Shown: piece by piece, positions 63,254 to 64,000 of the stretch | Position numbering within the stretch: position 1 is the stretch's first letter | Layout of the letters: each line of letters starts with the position of its first letter | Origin: Salpingoeca rosetta | Taxonomy: Eukaryota; Protista; Choanoflagellata | Length of the DNA: 64,000 bases | Direction: 5' to 3' | NCBI GenBank assembly: GCA_033442325.1 | Contig: JAWQFM010000007.1 | Span: forward strand, 166,735-230,734 | Notes under the pieces: generated by a model | Seen by the model: the letters and a program-made list of their open reading frames with translations, nothing else | What the model was told of the DNA's origin: nothing | The model's database searches: none | Program-made: the position numbers and the translations under genes

Positions 63254-63438
63254 GGCCAGAGGGGATGCGTCGCCCCTCCTCTCACACCACACACACGCTC
63301 ACACACTCGCACTCTCGCACACACGACTCTCGCTCCCTCGCAACTACAACAACACCCTCAACAACAGCAACAACAACAACGACGAGTGTATCCGTTTTTT
63401 CGCGTTGCGTTGATGATTCGATTGCACACTGGCTGGCG

Positions 63439-63804
63439 ATGATGATGAACGTGTTGCTTGGTGGTGGTGGTGGTGGGAGGTTGTTGCTGGGCAGGTGTGC
63501 GCGATGGGGAGTGGCTGCAGTGATGAATGCGCGGCGGGGATTGTCCCGCGGCGTGGTGGCTAGGAGTAAGAAGCATCACAAGCAGGCAGCAGCAGCGGCA
63601 GCGACGGGCCAGCAGGCTGGCGCCGACGAGCACCTTGAGCTCATCCGCAACATTGGCATCATGGCACACATCGACGCGGGCAAGACCACCACGTATGGCA
63701 GTGTGTGTGTGTGTGTCTTTGTGAGCGAGTGAATGGGTGAATGTGTGTGTGTGTGTGCGTTTGTGAGTGAGTGAGCGGGTGTGTGTGAGTGTGTGTGTCT
63801 TTGC

Positions 63805-63854
<50 letters not shown>

Positions 63855-64000
63855 TGCGCGAGACTTGCTTGACCGTGTGTTGTTGTGAGTGTGTGTGGTG
63901 TGATGTTTGGCTTTGACTACCCTTCACAGTTTGAGCCCACGTTCACGCACCACCGTCATCCTTGCGTACATCTTGCAGGACGGAGCGCATGCTCGTGGTG
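63439..64000 (+). CDS. GFM2: Mitochondrial EF-G2/ribosome-releasing factor 2, 3'-partial
   Basis: Arg-rich presequence-like N-terminus, then IRNIGIMAHIDAGKTTT|TERML across intron 63693-63978. The IMAHIDAGKTTTTER form matches GFM2 and bacterial EF-G rather than GFM1 (ISAHIDSGKTTLTER). Confidence 0.75.

Overview
Eukaryotic genomic DNA with many introns and microsatellites. Gene content and (GT)n/(CA)n/(CACT)n-filled introns point to a unicellular holozoan, probably the choanoflagellate Salpingoeca rosetta (inference). Most ORFs in the supplied track are repeat or antisense artefacts. Manual GT-AG splicing gives 15 genes in order: VPS15/PIK3R4 (5'-partial), centriolin, intronless EXD3/Mut-7, PPC/DUF296 protein, FKBP-type TPR co-chaperone, Nkp2/Cnl2-like kinetochore protein, an orphan with a Smad MH1/His-Me-finger-like domain, TFIIH p52 (GTF2H4), WSC + RXYLT1-like glycosyltransferase, FAM135, a small PH protein, FA2H lacking cytochrome b5, ACSF3, cytosolic carboxypeptidase AGBL2/3 and GFM2 (3'-partial). 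Twelve of them sit in six head-to-head pairs. Main findings: (1) a Smad-MH1-like zinc domain in an apparently non-animal genome; (2) a YbaK/ProX tRNA-deacylase domain inside Mut-7/EXD3; (3) an HMG box inside the VPS15 WD40 propeller; (4) a 404-bp foreign insert with 7-bp flanking direct repeats in a VPS15 intron; (5) introns polarised as 5'-(GU)n ... (AC)n-3' that could self-pair. All family calls come from motif recognition; no database searches were run. Two assembly gaps are present.
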